Positions 1 to 9,528 of a DNA stretch of 64,000 nt are shown in pieces. The stretch's first letter is position 1. Every line of letters starts with the position of its first letter. The translations under genes and the position numbers were made by a program. This DNA comes from Spirochaetia bacterium (lineage in GTDB: Bacteria; Spirochaetota; Spirochaetia; UBA9216), in the NCBI GenBank assembly GCA_963677925.2, contig CAXXYH010000004.1:1760001-1824000 (forward strand), in the 5' to 3' direction. The notes beneath the pieces are model-generated. The model ran no database searches and was not told the origin of the DNA. It saw nothing but the letters and a program-made list of their open reading frames with translations.

Positions 1-752
1 CCGAAATGGTATTTCAGCTCCTCATAAAGAACTCCTCGGAATATTGATTCTTCACCGACAGCTGTTGTTACTGCATTCCATAGATTGAATGCACCGTTAT
101 ACATTATGAAGTATGGAATTGTCGAGCTTATTTCTTTGACATACCACGCGTTGGTGTCCCAGACAGCAGTACCATAATTTGTTTCATCTGCAAACATCAA
201 ATCCAATGCTGAAGCAAAGGCAATCTCGCCAAGTATTCCTCCCCACACAATAGGATCTTTTAGTACTTCAATGTCAAAGGGAGCCTTATATAGTTCCCCT
301 AGTTTATAAACTTTAAAATTTGAATTGTTATATTCCTCCGACTCAAGTCTTGTAAGTCCATAACTTCGGTACGATTTGTACATATTATGATCTATGCGGG
401 TCCAGTATGCTGATGAAACAATATCTGTATCACTGCCGAACTCATTAGCGCAGACGGTTTCAAGGCCGAAGAGTCCAAGGCTGCCGAGCGTAAAATCCAA
501 TGCATTGTCCGGGTCTGATAGAAACAGCCCTATGTTTCCCAGTTCCAATGTACTTGAAGCTATCCTACGCTCGGTTTCTGTTATTTCGCCGTCAAGGCTG
601 TAGAGGCCCTGTATTCCAAATTGCAGGCCGATGCTAGCCCAGGGAATAAGAGCCATTCCATCAGCTTTTAGCCAGTCCGTATTCTCTTCTGCATGCAGGG
701 GCATAATATTTAAAACTAAAACTGATATCAGGATTAAGAATCGATGCTTCAT
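1..752 (-). CDS. CPBP (CAAX protease/Abi) family intramembrane metalloprotease with N-terminal signal peptide, 3'-truncated by window edge
   Basis: Not in ORF track. Manual translation from ATG at 752 (SD GGAGGA upstream): MKHRFLILISVLVLNIMPLHAEE...TAVGEESIFRGVLYEELKYHF. EExxFRG is CPBP motif 1; frame is open to position 1. Confidence 0.75.
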   Translation of the reverse strand, partial: MKHRFLILISVLVLNIMPLHAEENTDWLKADGMALIPWASIGLQFGIQGLYSLDGEITETERRIASSTLELGNIGLFLSDPDNALDFTLGSLGLFGLETVCANEFGSDTDIVSSAYWTRIDHNMYKSYRSYGLTRLESEEYNNSNFKVYKLGELYKAPFDIEVLKDPIVWGGILGEIAFASALDLMFADETNYGTAVWDTNAWYVKEISSTIPYFIMYNGAFNLWNAVTTAVGEESIFRGVLYEELKYHF

Positions 753-811
753 TATTTATCCTCCAGATGATATATTCAGACTATAGTCTCCGGCATAGAT
801 AAAAATGAATC

Positions 812-824
812 ATACTTTTGGTAT
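812..824. promoter_or_regulatory. Candidate operator ATAC-N5-GTAT between the divergent CPBP and LuxR genes
   Basis: Short dyad CATACTTTTGGTATAT, centred ~33 nt upstream of a minus-strand TATAGT -10 (785-780). Confidence 0.35.
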
Positions 825-946
825 ATTTTTGATAGTTCGACTCAGATAACCGGAGGAAATTTAAATGAATAAACTGAGGTCCGGTTATTCTGGTTCTTAT
901 TCACATATCTTATATAATTTGTCTTCTCGTTTCGCTCTCTGCTATA

Positions 947-1768
947 TTGCTTAGTGTCATACGCGGAATACAGTTTCCCGGGGCTATTGAGCGGGCACAT
1001 ACTCTTCTGCTAAGCGCTATCCTTCTGATTATTTTTTCTATGACTGTAAGCAGTCTTTACGTCGATGAGCGCAGTAGACTTGTTTTTTTGATATCCAATA
1101 TCATTGAGTTGCTCTGTACCGCGGCTCTCTCTTTTCTGATTCCTGAGTTTACACTTCAGTTTTTTTCATTCGTTCAGAAGAAGCTTTTATTCCGGATTTT
1201 TCGTATTCTTTCCTGCGTTCAGGCCGCCGGAGTTGTACTTTTTTTCTCTGCCTTTCCCTTTGAATGGATACTTAATACGGTGGTAATTATTTTTACGGCT
1301 GTCACAGCCGCAAGTGTTATTTTACTGATAGCAGTTCCAGTCAGTATGAAAGATGTTTCTTGGCTGAAATTCAGGCGGCTTCTGGTCCTGGGCTCAGTTA
1401 TATTTTTTCCTCCCATCATAATATCTGATCTTCTTCTTATCCCCGGCCGTTTTGACAGCCGCCTTTATAACTTAAAGGCTACTCCGTTTTTTCTGTTATA
1501 CTGGTCATCAGTTTATTTCAAAATCATGCTTCCCGGGTTTCTTTCGGGGCTCAGGGCGGAAAATAAAGAACCTGACTGGTCACGCTTCCATCTTTCAGTC
1601 AGGGAGAGGGAGGTTGCCGAACTTCTGATACAGGGGCTGTCGTACAGGACAATAGGGGATAGGCTTTTTATATCTCCCGGCACTGTGAAAACACATGTAC
1701 TTGTAATTTACCGGAAAACAGGAACTAACAGTAAAATTCAGTTATCAAACGCTGTGTACAATAATTAA
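947..1768 (+). CDS. Membrane-anchored LuxR-family transcriptional regulator (multi-TM N-terminus + LuxR HTH); start uncertain
   Basis: Several hydrophobic helices, then LSVREREVAELLIQGLSYRTIGDRLFISPGTVKTHV..IYRK (GerE/LuxR HTH). Confidence 0.85.
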   Translation: MLSVIRGIQFPGAIERAHTLLLSAILLIIFSMTVSSLYVDERSRLVFLISNIIELLCTAALSFLIPEFTLQFFSFVQKKLLFRIFRILSCVQAAGVVLFFSAFPFEWILNTVVIIFTAVTAASVILLIAVPVSMKDVSWLKFRRLLVLGSVIFFPPIIISDLLLIPGRFDSRLYNLKATPFFLLYWSSVYFKIMLPGFLSGLRAENKEPDWSRFHLSVREREVAELLIQGLSYRTIGDRLFISPGTVKTHVLVIYRKTGTNSKIQLSNAVYNN

Positions 1769-1788
1769 ATCAATAATAATTTTCTTGA

Positions 1789-1914
1789 CTTCATGTAACC
1801 AGGCAGACAATAATTTCCCTTGAAAAGAACCGTTATGTACCGTCGCTGGAAATGGGATTCAAGGTTGCCGGACTTTTTGGAAAAACAGTTGAAGAAGTTT
1901 TTAAATATTCGTAA
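1789..1914 (+). pseudogene. 5'-truncated XRE/Cro-family HTH regulator remnant
   Basis: Frame reads LHVTRQTIISLEKNRYVPSLEMGFKVAGLFGKTVEEVFKYS* (C-terminal two-thirds of a ~65-aa XRE regulator). It is preceded by an in-frame TGA at 1786-1788 and has no start or helix 1. Confidence 0.75.
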
Positions 1915-1964
1915 TATTGAACATATGTTTATAATTAACGCCCGAATGTAAAAGGAGTATTGAA

Positions 1965-2351
1965 ATGATAAAACTTTCAGCAGAAGTTCTGACTGCTATT
2001 GAAAAAACAAAACCAACCTGTATTGCAACCGCAGACAAAAACGGTGTCCCGAATCTTGTATATGTTACATATATCAAGGCTGTTGATGAAAAGACACTCG
2101 TGGTTGCAGATAATAAATTTGTAAAAACCCGTGCAAATCTCGACAGCAATCCGGTGATGAGTGTAGTTGTACTCGATTCTGATACAAAAAAGGCCTATCA
2201 GATTAAATGCACGGCTGAATGTATCACAGAAGGTATTGGATATGAGGAAGTTGCAGACTGGGTACATGAGAACCGTCCGGAGATGACGCCAAACGCAGCC
2301 TTCTATCTTAAACCATTTGAAATCTACTGCGGCGCTGAAAGACTGGCTTAG
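1965..2351 (+). CDS. Pyridoxamine 5'-phosphate oxidase-like FMN-binding protein
   Basis: IATADKNGVPN and ADNKFVKTRANLDSNP...YQIK motifs; SD AAGGAG. Confidence 0.85.
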   Translation: MIKLSAEVLTAIEKTKPTCIATADKNGVPNLVYVTYIKAVDEKTLVVADNKFVKTRANLDSNPVMSVVVLDSDTKKAYQIKCTAECITEGIGYEEVADWVHENRPEMTPNAAFYLKPFEIYCGAERLA

Positions 2352-2361
2352 TTTTCAGTTA

Positions 2362-3318
2362 TCAGTCTATCCTGTAAGTCAGGGACAAAATCGGAATCGG
2401 GATGAAGGTGAAGTTCTCATCGGTTAATCCGTGAGCCACGTACCTTCCTGATTCCTGTTCAATTATTACCGGCACCACGGCACCAATATCCCAGCTCAGC
2501 TTCTCGCCTGCTATCCTGAACGTAACTGCCGGCGTAATCAGCATCGGTACAGGATCCCAGGCTGTTGTCTCTTCGGTGAATTCCCCTGATGAACTGATCA
2601 TTTCTCCCCAGATTATCCAGGTCTCGGTTACAAGGGCGGTGGTGTCTGAAAAAATCCATTTACCTCCCAGAGCCAGAACTGCTGCGTCAAAGGAAAAATC
2701 AGATTCATCAAAGGTAAAAGCGCCTCCGCCGCCTATAGTGAAATTATTCTCCGGAGTCCCATATGAGAAAATAGTGTAGGGTAGAAGTATTCCGGTGAAT
2801 TCGAGCCAGGAAACCCCTCCGAAGGTACCGACAGACAGTGCAGCTTCCTCATTGAGTTTCTGAATATATCTTGCACTTACTATTGCGCCCGGTACGCTTA
2901 TTCCTCCCCACAGTGTGAAGTGTTCACTTAATCCGTAGCTCATTGTAACAGCTGCAATTTCCTGGTCGGCAACGTGGAATTCTCCGGGTTCCATTGCAAA
3001 ACCTGTAGGCATTACGATAAGACGGTTTGATGCTGAATCACGGAACAGACTCTTTTTATCTGTTCCCGGGGCAACTTTCAGGACTTCGGAAATAGATTTC
3101 TTGTAAATCCGGATTACCTCACCGCTGAACGCTATTATTGTTACAAAATCATCATCGACCCCGTAAACAATCCCCTGAAATGCAGTATCGTCTACTGTGA
3201 TGATTCTTACCTGCGAATCAACCGCCGAAGACAGCTCAGCAACTGTAATCTCTTCAAACTGAGCAAAGGCTGGAATGATTGTGAATAAAAGCAGAAATGG
3301 TAACACGATTTTTTTCAT
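2362..3318 (-). CDS. Exported hypothetical protein, possibly outer-membrane beta-strand-rich
   Basis: Likely start MKKIVLPFLLLFTIIPAFA (signal peptide, SD AGGAG) rather than 3423; Gly/aromatic amphipathic strands in the C-terminal half. Confidence 0.65.
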   Translation of the reverse strand: MKKIVLPFLLLFTIIPAFAQFEEITVAELSSAVDSQVRIITVDDTAFQGIVYGVDDDFVTIIAFSGEVIRIYKKSISEVLKVAPGTDKKSLFRDSASNRLIVMPTGFAMEPGEFHVADQEIAAVTMSYGLSEHFTLWGGISVPGAIVSARYIQKLNEEAALSVGTFGGVSWLEFTGILLPYTIFSYGTPENNFTIGGGGAFTFDESDFSFDAAVLALGGKWIFSDTTALVTETWIIWGEMISSSGEFTEETTAWDPVPMLITPAVTFRIAGEKLSWDIGAVVPVIIEQESGRYVAHGLTDENFTFIPIPILSLTYRID

Positions 3319-3492
3319 AAGTCTCTCCTTTCGCATATGCAGTAAAGGAATGAAATTGCTTAGATACCTAAAATTTAACCCATAAACCAGCTTGAAGCAA
3401 TTAAAACCGAAAGGATTCTTCAAGTTAACGAATTTTAACTTGTTTTCAGATTATTCATCCCTTATCCTATTAGTAGAAAACGGAGGGATGCT

Positions 3493-3855
3493 ATGGAAGA
3501 GAGAAGAAAAGACAAACGCACACACATTGAATGGCCTATCTACCTGAGGTCCAGAAGCAATCATCGTCAGATTGGCGGAGTTGACGATATTTCACTCTCC
3601 GGATTAAAAATTCACTTCAGCGAAGATGCAATACCCATTGAGGATACCGGGCATTTTGATCTTTATCTCTGCCGTATGGATAATCCGATGGATCTGCTTA
3701 ATATCACGGGAAAACCTGTATGGATACGAAAAAATAAGCCGTCTCTTTTAATGGGGCTTGAAGTCAATAACATGACTGAAAGAGCCAAAGCTATGCTCCG
3801 CGATTTTATAAGTCATCAGGAAAAACTGTCGCTTGAGATGGATCTTGAGATTTAG
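3493..3855 (+). CDS. PilZ domain protein (c-di-GMP receptor)
   Basis: RxxxR (RRKDKR) and DxSxxG (DISLSG) motifs. Confidence 0.85.
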   Translation: MEERRKDKRTHIEWPIYLRSRSNHRQIGGVDDISLSGLKIHFSEDAIPIEDTGHFDLYLCRMDNPMDLLNITGKPVWIRKNKPSLLMGLEVNNMTERAKAMLRDFISHQEKLSLEMDLEI

Positions 3856-3939
3856 AGTGATGTCATAATTCTGTTGTTCATATTATTTTTTTTAGTCGGT
3901 TTGCGCTGAAAAGTGTTATTATGCTGAAACGGGGAAGAT

Positions 3940-4293
3940 ATGAGCGTGCTGTTTGTTGATGATGAAATTATTAATCTGAAGGGATATGAAATAAATTTCA
4001 GAAAAAACTCCGATATCATAATTGCAAAAAACGGAATTGAAGCTCTCAAAATTGTCGAGGAGACTGAGAATATAAAATTAGTTTTTACTGACATGAAGAT
4101 GCCAGGAATGGACGGACTGGAGTTTATACGGGAGGCCAGGAAGGTTAAACCGGACATCAGCTATTATATTCTTACGGGGTACAGTATATCCGGGCCTATC
4201 GCGGAAGCTCTTAATGAAGGTCTTGTTAAAAAATGTTTTTCAAAGCCGGTGAATATTCAAAAGATCAGGGATGAAATTGATTCCTTATCCTGA
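3940..4293 (+). CDS. Single-domain response regulator receiver
   Basis: VDDE, phosphoacceptor D (FTDMKMPGMDG), TG, KP. Confidence 0.9.
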   Translation: MSVLFVDDEIINLKGYEINFRKNSDIIIAKNGIEALKIVEETENIKLVFTDMKMPGMDGLEFIREARKVKPDISYYILTGYSISGPIAEALNEGLVKKCFSKPVNIQKIRDEIDSLS

Positions 4294-4307
4294 AACAGGG
4301 GATTTAA

Positions 4308-7300
4308 ATGGCTGCTGAAAACATTTCAGAATCAGATTTTAATCTGTTTTACCGACATTCCTGTGATCTGTTATGCGTATTAAACCCTGAAGGGCTGTTC
4401 GTAAAATTTAATGACGCCTGGAGAGAAATCCTTGGTTATGAACCGGCAGAACTTGAAGATACAAGCATTATTGAATTGATTCATCCCTCCGGGCGTGCCG
4501 ATGCCGCGGATCTCTTTCATAGAAGGACTCTAAAAGAAGAAATCAAAGACTATTTAATATGCTGCAGCCATAAGGACGGCTCCTATCGGTGGCTTCAGTG
4601 GAATATCTTTTCTGAGGGTTCTTATCTCTATGCCTCGGGAAGGGATGTTTCGGATGAAAAGAGAAAAGAAGAAACCCTTCAGCAGTTTAAGACCTCAACC
4701 GATCATGCAAACGATGCAATATACTGGCTTAATAAGGCCGGTGGTTTTGAATATATAAATGAAACAGCCTGTAAAAAACTTGGTTATACCAGGGAAGAAC
4801 TGATGAAACTTTCAATAATGGACATAGTTCCTGAAACTACAGCGGAGATATTTGCAGGAATATGGGAAAGTTATCAGCCTTATAAGGATAAAGCATATTT
4901 AAGCAGAACACTGGAGACCGTACACAGGCGGAAGGACGGGACAATATATCCAGTGGAAGTTTCAGTAAATCATTTCTGGGAACATGACAAAGAATACCAC
5001 ATTGCACATATTCACGATTTGACTGATAGAAAAAGAGAAGAAGAAGCGTTAAGGCGAAGCGAAGAAAAATACAGGAAACTGTTTGAGAATATGTCCAATT
5101 CATACAGTATTTACAGACCCGTATATGATGAGGAAGGAACAGCAGTTGATTTCCAATTCATAGAAGTAAATCCTGCAAGCGCAAGAGATATTGGCCTGCC
5201 TGCCGATGAAATAATCGGTAAAACTATGAAGAGCCTGTTTCCTGCAACAGAAGATTACTGGATTAAGCTTGTAGGAGAAACGGTAAAAACAGGAGTTTCA
5301 CAAAGCTTTACAAACCATTCATCTGTTCTGGATCGTTATTTTGAGGCTCTGGCATATTCACCGGAAAAAGATCTTTGTGCCGTAATCTATACCGATGTAA
5401 CTGAAAGGGTAAAAAAAGAGGAAGAACTTAAACGGCTTACCGGTCTTAACCAGGCAATTATTGATGCCACAAGCAATGGCCTCATTTTTATAAAAGAACG
5501 GAAGGTTGAATGGGTAAACGAAACTCTTTTAAATATGTTCGGATACTGTTTTGAAGAACTCATAGGGCAGAGTGCGGAAATATTCTACGGTGATAAAAAA
5601 CAGTTTGATTACATAGGTAAAGAAGCCTATCAGAAACTTTTAAAAGGTGAAATTTTCAGAATTGAATTAAGAGGGAAGAAGAAAGACGGAACCCTGTTCT
5701 GGTGTATGCTGTCCAGCAAAGCCACCGATCCTGAAGATTTGTCGAAGGGTTCACTGTGGACAGTTGAGGATATAGATGAACGGAAACAGAACGAAAAAAA
5801 GCTTTATAAATTCAAAGCCTCTATTGATTATACCGCTGATTCTGTTTTCTGGATTAATAGCCAAGCAGGATTTGACTATGTAAATGAGCAGGCCTGTAAG
5901 TCTTTAGGATACACCCATGATGAATTAATGCAGTTAAAGGTATCTGATCTTGATCCGAATTTTAAAATTGAAGATTTTAAAAAAAACTGGAAAAGATTAT
6001 CCGAAGAAAGAAAATTTGAAAATTCTATTTTCGAAAGTATTTATATCAGAAAAGACGGCACCACCTTTCCAATAGAATTAACCGCTATATTTATATGGTA
6101 CCAGAATAACGGGTTACAGATAATTTACGTCAGAGATATCACTGAACGCAAACGGAGCGAGGAAGCGCTGCTGTCAAGAGAAAGAGAATTGCAGCGTATA
6201 TACGATATTGCACCTGTAGGAATAGGTCTTATACGGGATCGAAAGATCATAAACCTTAATAAGGCGGTAAGCAGAATAATCGGTTATGAAGAAAAGGAAT
6301 TAAAGGGAAGAAGCTCCGACTTTCTATACAGTTCACAGGCTGAGTATGAAAGGGTAGGCGGTGATCTTTATCAGGACATGATAATAAAAGGTGTCGGTGA
6401 GATAGAAACCGAACTGTTGAGAAAGGACGGAACAAAGATCGCCGCTCTAATTGCAGTAACCCTTCTTGATCCATCGGAACCTTCAAAAGGAAACATTTTT
6501 ACAGTAATAGATATTACTGAACGTAAAAAACATGAAAATCAGTTAAAGGCTGAAGAAGAGAGATTCCGGGCCCTTGCGGATAATGTTCCAGGGGCGATTT
6601 ACATGTGCAGATATAATGCATATTATTCAATGCTTTATCTCAATGATAGAGTTCAGGAGATCACCGGTTATCCGAAAGAATATTTTTTGTCGGGCAGGCT
6701 TAATTTTACTGAAATTTATCATCCTGATGATATTGGAAAGATCGGGGCGGCTGTGGATGAGGCTGTTAAAAATAAAGGGCAGTTCGAAGTCTTTTACCGG
6801 ATAAAGCATAAAAGTGGTGAGTGGCGATGGGTTCATGAGCTGGGTGTCGGAATCTATGAAGATGGAAAAATAAACTACCTTATCGGCTTTTTTCTTGATG
6901 TAACGGAAGAAAAGAATGCTAAAGAAAGAGCCGAGGAGAGTGAACAGCGTTATAAAGCACTTCACAACGCCTCATTCGGAGGCATCACAATCCATGATAA
7001 GGGTCTTATCCTCGATTGTAATCGCGGTCTATCTGATATTACCGGGTTTTCTTATGAAGAGCTTATTGGTATGAATGGCCTGCTGTTAATTGCGGAAGAA
7101 TACAGAGATACTGTCATGTCGAATATTAAAAAAGGTTATGAAAAACCATACGATGTCTTCGGCGTGCGTAAAAACGGAGAATACTATCCTCTCAGGCTGG
7201 AAGCACGGGAAATCCCATACAAAGGGAGGCAGGTTCGATCTGTAGAGTTCAGGGATATTACGGAACAGAAAGAGATTGAAAAACAAATTATTCTTGAAAA

Positions 7301-8504
7301 AGAACGGGCAGAAGAGAGTTCGTATTTCTTACGGGAGTCACAGCGTTCCGGAAGGATCGGTTCTTATAAAATGGTATACAGTGAAAGGTACTGGATAACA
7401 ACCGAGACCCTTGACAGTATCTTCGGGGTAGAACATTCGGATGGGAAAAAATCAATAAATGACTGGTTTGAAATTATTTATGCCGAAGACTTCGAAATGA
7501 TGAGTAACTATTTTCGTGAAGATGTTATCGGTAAAAGGCAGGACTTCAACAAGGAATACCGTATTATCAGAAAGAATGACCAGGAGGTAAGATGGGTACA
7601 GGGAATCGGTAAATTATATTTTGATGATAATGGTGAAATTAACAGCATGCTGGGCACTATTCAGGATATTACCGAACGGAAACTTATTGAAGAAGAACGC
7701 AGAACCATAAATATCTCACTTGAGAAAATGGTGAAAGAGAAAACGCATGACCTTGAAACGGCAAATGAGGCTCTTAAAGCAACGCTTAAAAACCTTAATG
7801 AGACTCAGGCTCAGCTGCTGCAGTCTGAAAAAATGGCTTCCCTCGGAATTTTGACCGCCGGGGTATCGCATGAAATCAACAATCCTCTGAATTTTATCAC
7901 GACCGCTTATCATGGATTTTTGGATATGGGGCTTGAGGATCAAAATGAAGACGCTGCTTTTTTTCTTGAAGCATTGAAAACAGGTGTGGAGAGAGCCGGC
8001 GATATTGTAAAAAGTCTGAACCAGTTCAGTAGAAGCAATAAATCTACCGACGAGGATTGCGATATTCATGAGATTATAGACAACTGTCTTGTAATGATGA
8101 GAAACCAGCTTAAAGACAGGATCGAAGTTACTAAAAATTATTTATCAGAACCCCAGATAATTTCAGGAAATGTAGGTGCAATGCATCAGGTTTTCATCAA
8201 CCTTCTGTCAAATGCCGAGCATGCGATTGAAGAAGATGGCCGTATCGATATAGAAACCCGGCTTAGCGGTGATGAATTGATTGTTGAAATAATAGATACA
8301 GGCTGCGGTATATCAAAAGATAATATGAAAAACATTACAGATCCTTTCTTTACAACCAAAAAACCGGGCAAGGGTACCGGCCTGGGACTTTCAATCACCT
8401 ATAATATTGTAAATGAACATGGTGGTAGGCTGGAATTCGAATCTGAAGAAAACGCCGGGACGACAGCCCGCGTCTCCCTGCCATTGAAAAGGAATGTTAA
8501 ATAA
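4308..8504 (+). CDS. Cytoplasmic multi-PAS (~9 PAS/PAC) sensor histidine kinase
   Basis: Repeated PAS/PAC units ending DITERK-like; H-box SHEINNPL, N-box [28 protein letters not shown]; no TM segment seen. Confidence 0.92.
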   Translation: MAAENISESDFNLFYRHSCDLLCVLNPEGLFVKFNDAWREILGYEPAELEDTSIIELIHPSGRADAADLFHRRTLKEEIKDYLICCSHKDGSYRWLQWNIFSEGSYLYASGRDVSDEKRKEETLQQFKTSTDHANDAIYWLNKAGGFEYINETACKKLGYTREELMKLSIMDIVPETTAEIFAGIWESYQPYKDKAYLSRTLETVHRRKDGTIYPVEVSVNHFWEHDKEYHIAHIHDLTDRKREEEALRRSEEKYRKLFENMSNSYSIYRPVYDEEGTAVDFQFIEVNPASARDIGLPADEIIGKTMKSLFPATEDYWIKLVGETVKTGVSQSFTNHSSVLDRYFEALAYSPEKDLCAVIYTDVTERVKKEEELKRLTGLNQAIIDATSNGLIFIKERKVEWVNETLLNMFGYCFEELIGQSAEIFYGDKKQFDYIGKEAYQKLLKGEIFRIELRGKKKDGTLFWCMLSSKATDPEDLSKGSLWTVEDIDERKQNEKKLYKFKASIDYTADSVFWINSQAGFDYVNEQACKSLGYTHDELMQLKVSDLDPNFKIEDFKKNWKRLSEERKFENSIFESIYIRKDGTTFPIELTAIFIWYQNNGLQIIYVRDITERKRSEEALLSRERELQRIYDIAPVGIGLIRDRKIINLNKAVSRIIGYEEKELKGRSSDFLYSSQAEYERVGGDLYQDMIIKGVGEIETELLRKDGTKIAALIAVTLLDPSEPSKGNIFTVIDITERKKHENQLKAEEERFRALADNVPGAIYMCRYNAYYSMLYLNDRVQEITGYPKEYFLSGRLNFTEIYHPDDIGKIGAAVDEAVKNKGQFEVFYRIKHKSGEWRWVHELGVGIYEDGKINYLIGFFLDVTEEKNAKERAEESEQRYKALHNASFGGITIHDKGLILDCNRGLSDITGFSYEELIGMNGLLLIAEEYRDTVMSNIKKGYEKPYDVFGVRKNGEYYPLRLEAREIPYKGRQVRSVEFRDITEQKEIEKQIILEKERAEESSYFLRESQRSGRIGSYKMVYSERYWITTETLDSIFGVEHSDGKKSINDWFEIIYAEDFEMMSNYFREDVIGKRQDFNKEYRIIRKNDQEVRWVQGIGKLYFDDNGEINSMLGTIQDITERKLIEEERRTINISLEKMVKEKTHDLETANEALKATLKNLNETQAQLLQSEKMASLGILTAGVSHEINNPLNFITTAYHGFLDMGLEDQNEDAAFFLEALKTGVERAGDIVKSLNQFSRSNKSTDEDCDIHEIIDNCLVMMRNQLKDRIEVTKNYLSEPQIISGNVGAMHQVFINLLSNAEHAIEEDGRIDIETRLSGDELIVEIIDTGCGISKDNMKNITDPFFTTKKPGKGTGLGLSITYNIVNEHGGRLEFESEENAGTTARVSLPLKRNVK

Positions 8505-8545
8505 ACAGCGCGTCACTCCGGATCTCATCCTGTTCCTCCCAATGC

Positions 8546-8585
8546 AAAAAAAATACCGTCCAGGCAAAAGCCTTAACGGTATTTT
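8546..8585. terminator. Intrinsic terminator downstream of tRNA-fMet (possibly bidirectional)
   Basis: AAAATACCGT...ACGGTATTTT stem; the A8 run gives a U tract on the minus strand. Confidence 0.7.
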
Positions 8586-8589
8586 ACGT

Positions 8590-8662
8590 TAGCAGGGACA
8601 GGATTCGAACCTGCGACCTCCGGGTTATGAGCCCGACGAGCTGCCAGCTGCTCTACCCTGCG
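8590..8662 (-). tRNA. tRNA-Met(CAT), initiator type
   Basis: Cloverleaf CGCAGGG...CTCATAA...TTCGAAT...CCCTGCTA; C1:U72 mismatch and three G:C pairs in the anticodon stem; CCA not encoded. Confidence 0.95.
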
Positions 8663-8762
8663 TCGTAGTGTATGAGGAATATAATGGTATTACGGGATTC
8701 TGTCAACCATTTCCTGTAAAAAGAATAAATTAGTTTTTAGAGCTTCTTTAGGCAGTCGAAAA

Positions 8763-9428
8763 TCAGCTGCGGCCGTTTAACAGGTCGGACTGAATCGCCC
8801 GGTTAAGCAGTTTTTTAAGGATTATTCCGCAGATCAGAAGCAGTGGTATAACCAGAAAACTGAGCACCGTTCCTGTGAAAAGGAAGAAATCATACAGCCC
8901 GTGAATTATAACCGCATAAATCAGGCCCGCATACATATCCTTCTTCTGCCTGAACTTACTGAGTCCAATGTAATAACCCATTATTCCCGAAGCAACTGCA
9001 TGCAGCGGAACGGCAGTGAATGCACGAACAAGAACCACTGCAGTTCCTCCGGAGCTGTAGAGTATGTTTTCAAAACAGGCAAAACCCATACTTGCAGTTA
9101 TTGCATATACGACCCCGTCGGTAATCTCATCAAACTGGGGTTTGTTGTAAACAAAGGTTTTAACAACAAGAAGCTTTGTCGTCTCTTCAACAAGAGCCGC
9201 CATTATGAAGGCTCTGGCAAAAATAGCTGTCAGAGGGTCGCTGATATAGGTAAATGGTTCGATGAAATGTTCGATCAGACCGGCGGGAATAACAGAGAAA
9301 AATCCGATGACAAAAACCTTCCAGATCAGTACTGCCGGTTCCGGTTTTTTATCCTTCCGGTAGAAGTAAATCATCAGGAAAACCGCGGGAATAACTGCCA
9401 GAAGTATGTTTACAATTAGAATTGTCAC
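8763..9428 (-). CDS. prsW: PrsW-family intramembrane glutamic protease
   Basis: EExxK (VEETTK), GFAxxEN, PLH and HGLYD motifs; polytopic. Confidence 0.88.
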   Translation of the reverse strand: MTILIVNILLAVIPAVFLMIYFYRKDKKPEPAVLIWKVFVIGFFSVIPAGLIEHFIEPFTYISDPLTAIFARAFIMAALVEETTKLLVVKTFVYNKPQFDEITDGVVYAITASMGFACFENILYSSGGTAVVLVRAFTAVPLHAVASGIMGYYIGLSKFRQKKDMYAGLIYAVIIHGLYDFFLFTGTVLSFLVIPLLLICGIILKKLLNRAIQSDLLNGRS

Positions 9429-9493
9429 CTAAGAAACATATTATGCCGTACATGCTTTGTAAAGAACTTTATTAATTATCAAAATAAAATTAT

Positions 9494-9522
9494 TTGACGC
9501 TTTCTGATCTTCTAATTATTTT
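9494..9522 (+). promoter_or_regulatory. sigma70-like promoter of clpB
   Basis: TTGACG-N17-TATTTT, 6 nt before the ATG. Confidence 0.55.
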
Positions 9523-9528
9523 ATCAAT

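Noticed and set aside
394-603. 69-aa plus-strand ORF
   Set aside because: Lies antisense within the CPBP protease gene.
1785-1900. Possible riboswitch/ncRNA upstream of the PNPOx-like gene (CCTTGAA...TTCAAGG stem)
   Set aside because: Better explained as XRE coding remnant; no FMN or other riboswitch consensus is seen.
1-8590. Genomic island or prophage integrated at the 3' end of tRNA-fMet
   Set aside because: No integrase, transposase, phage gene or duplicated tRNA end is visible in the window; it cannot be excluded beyond the edge.
9429-9528. CIRCE or CtsR heat-shock operator before clpB
   Set aside because: No TTAGCACTC-N9-GAGTGCTAA or GGTCAAA repeats are present.
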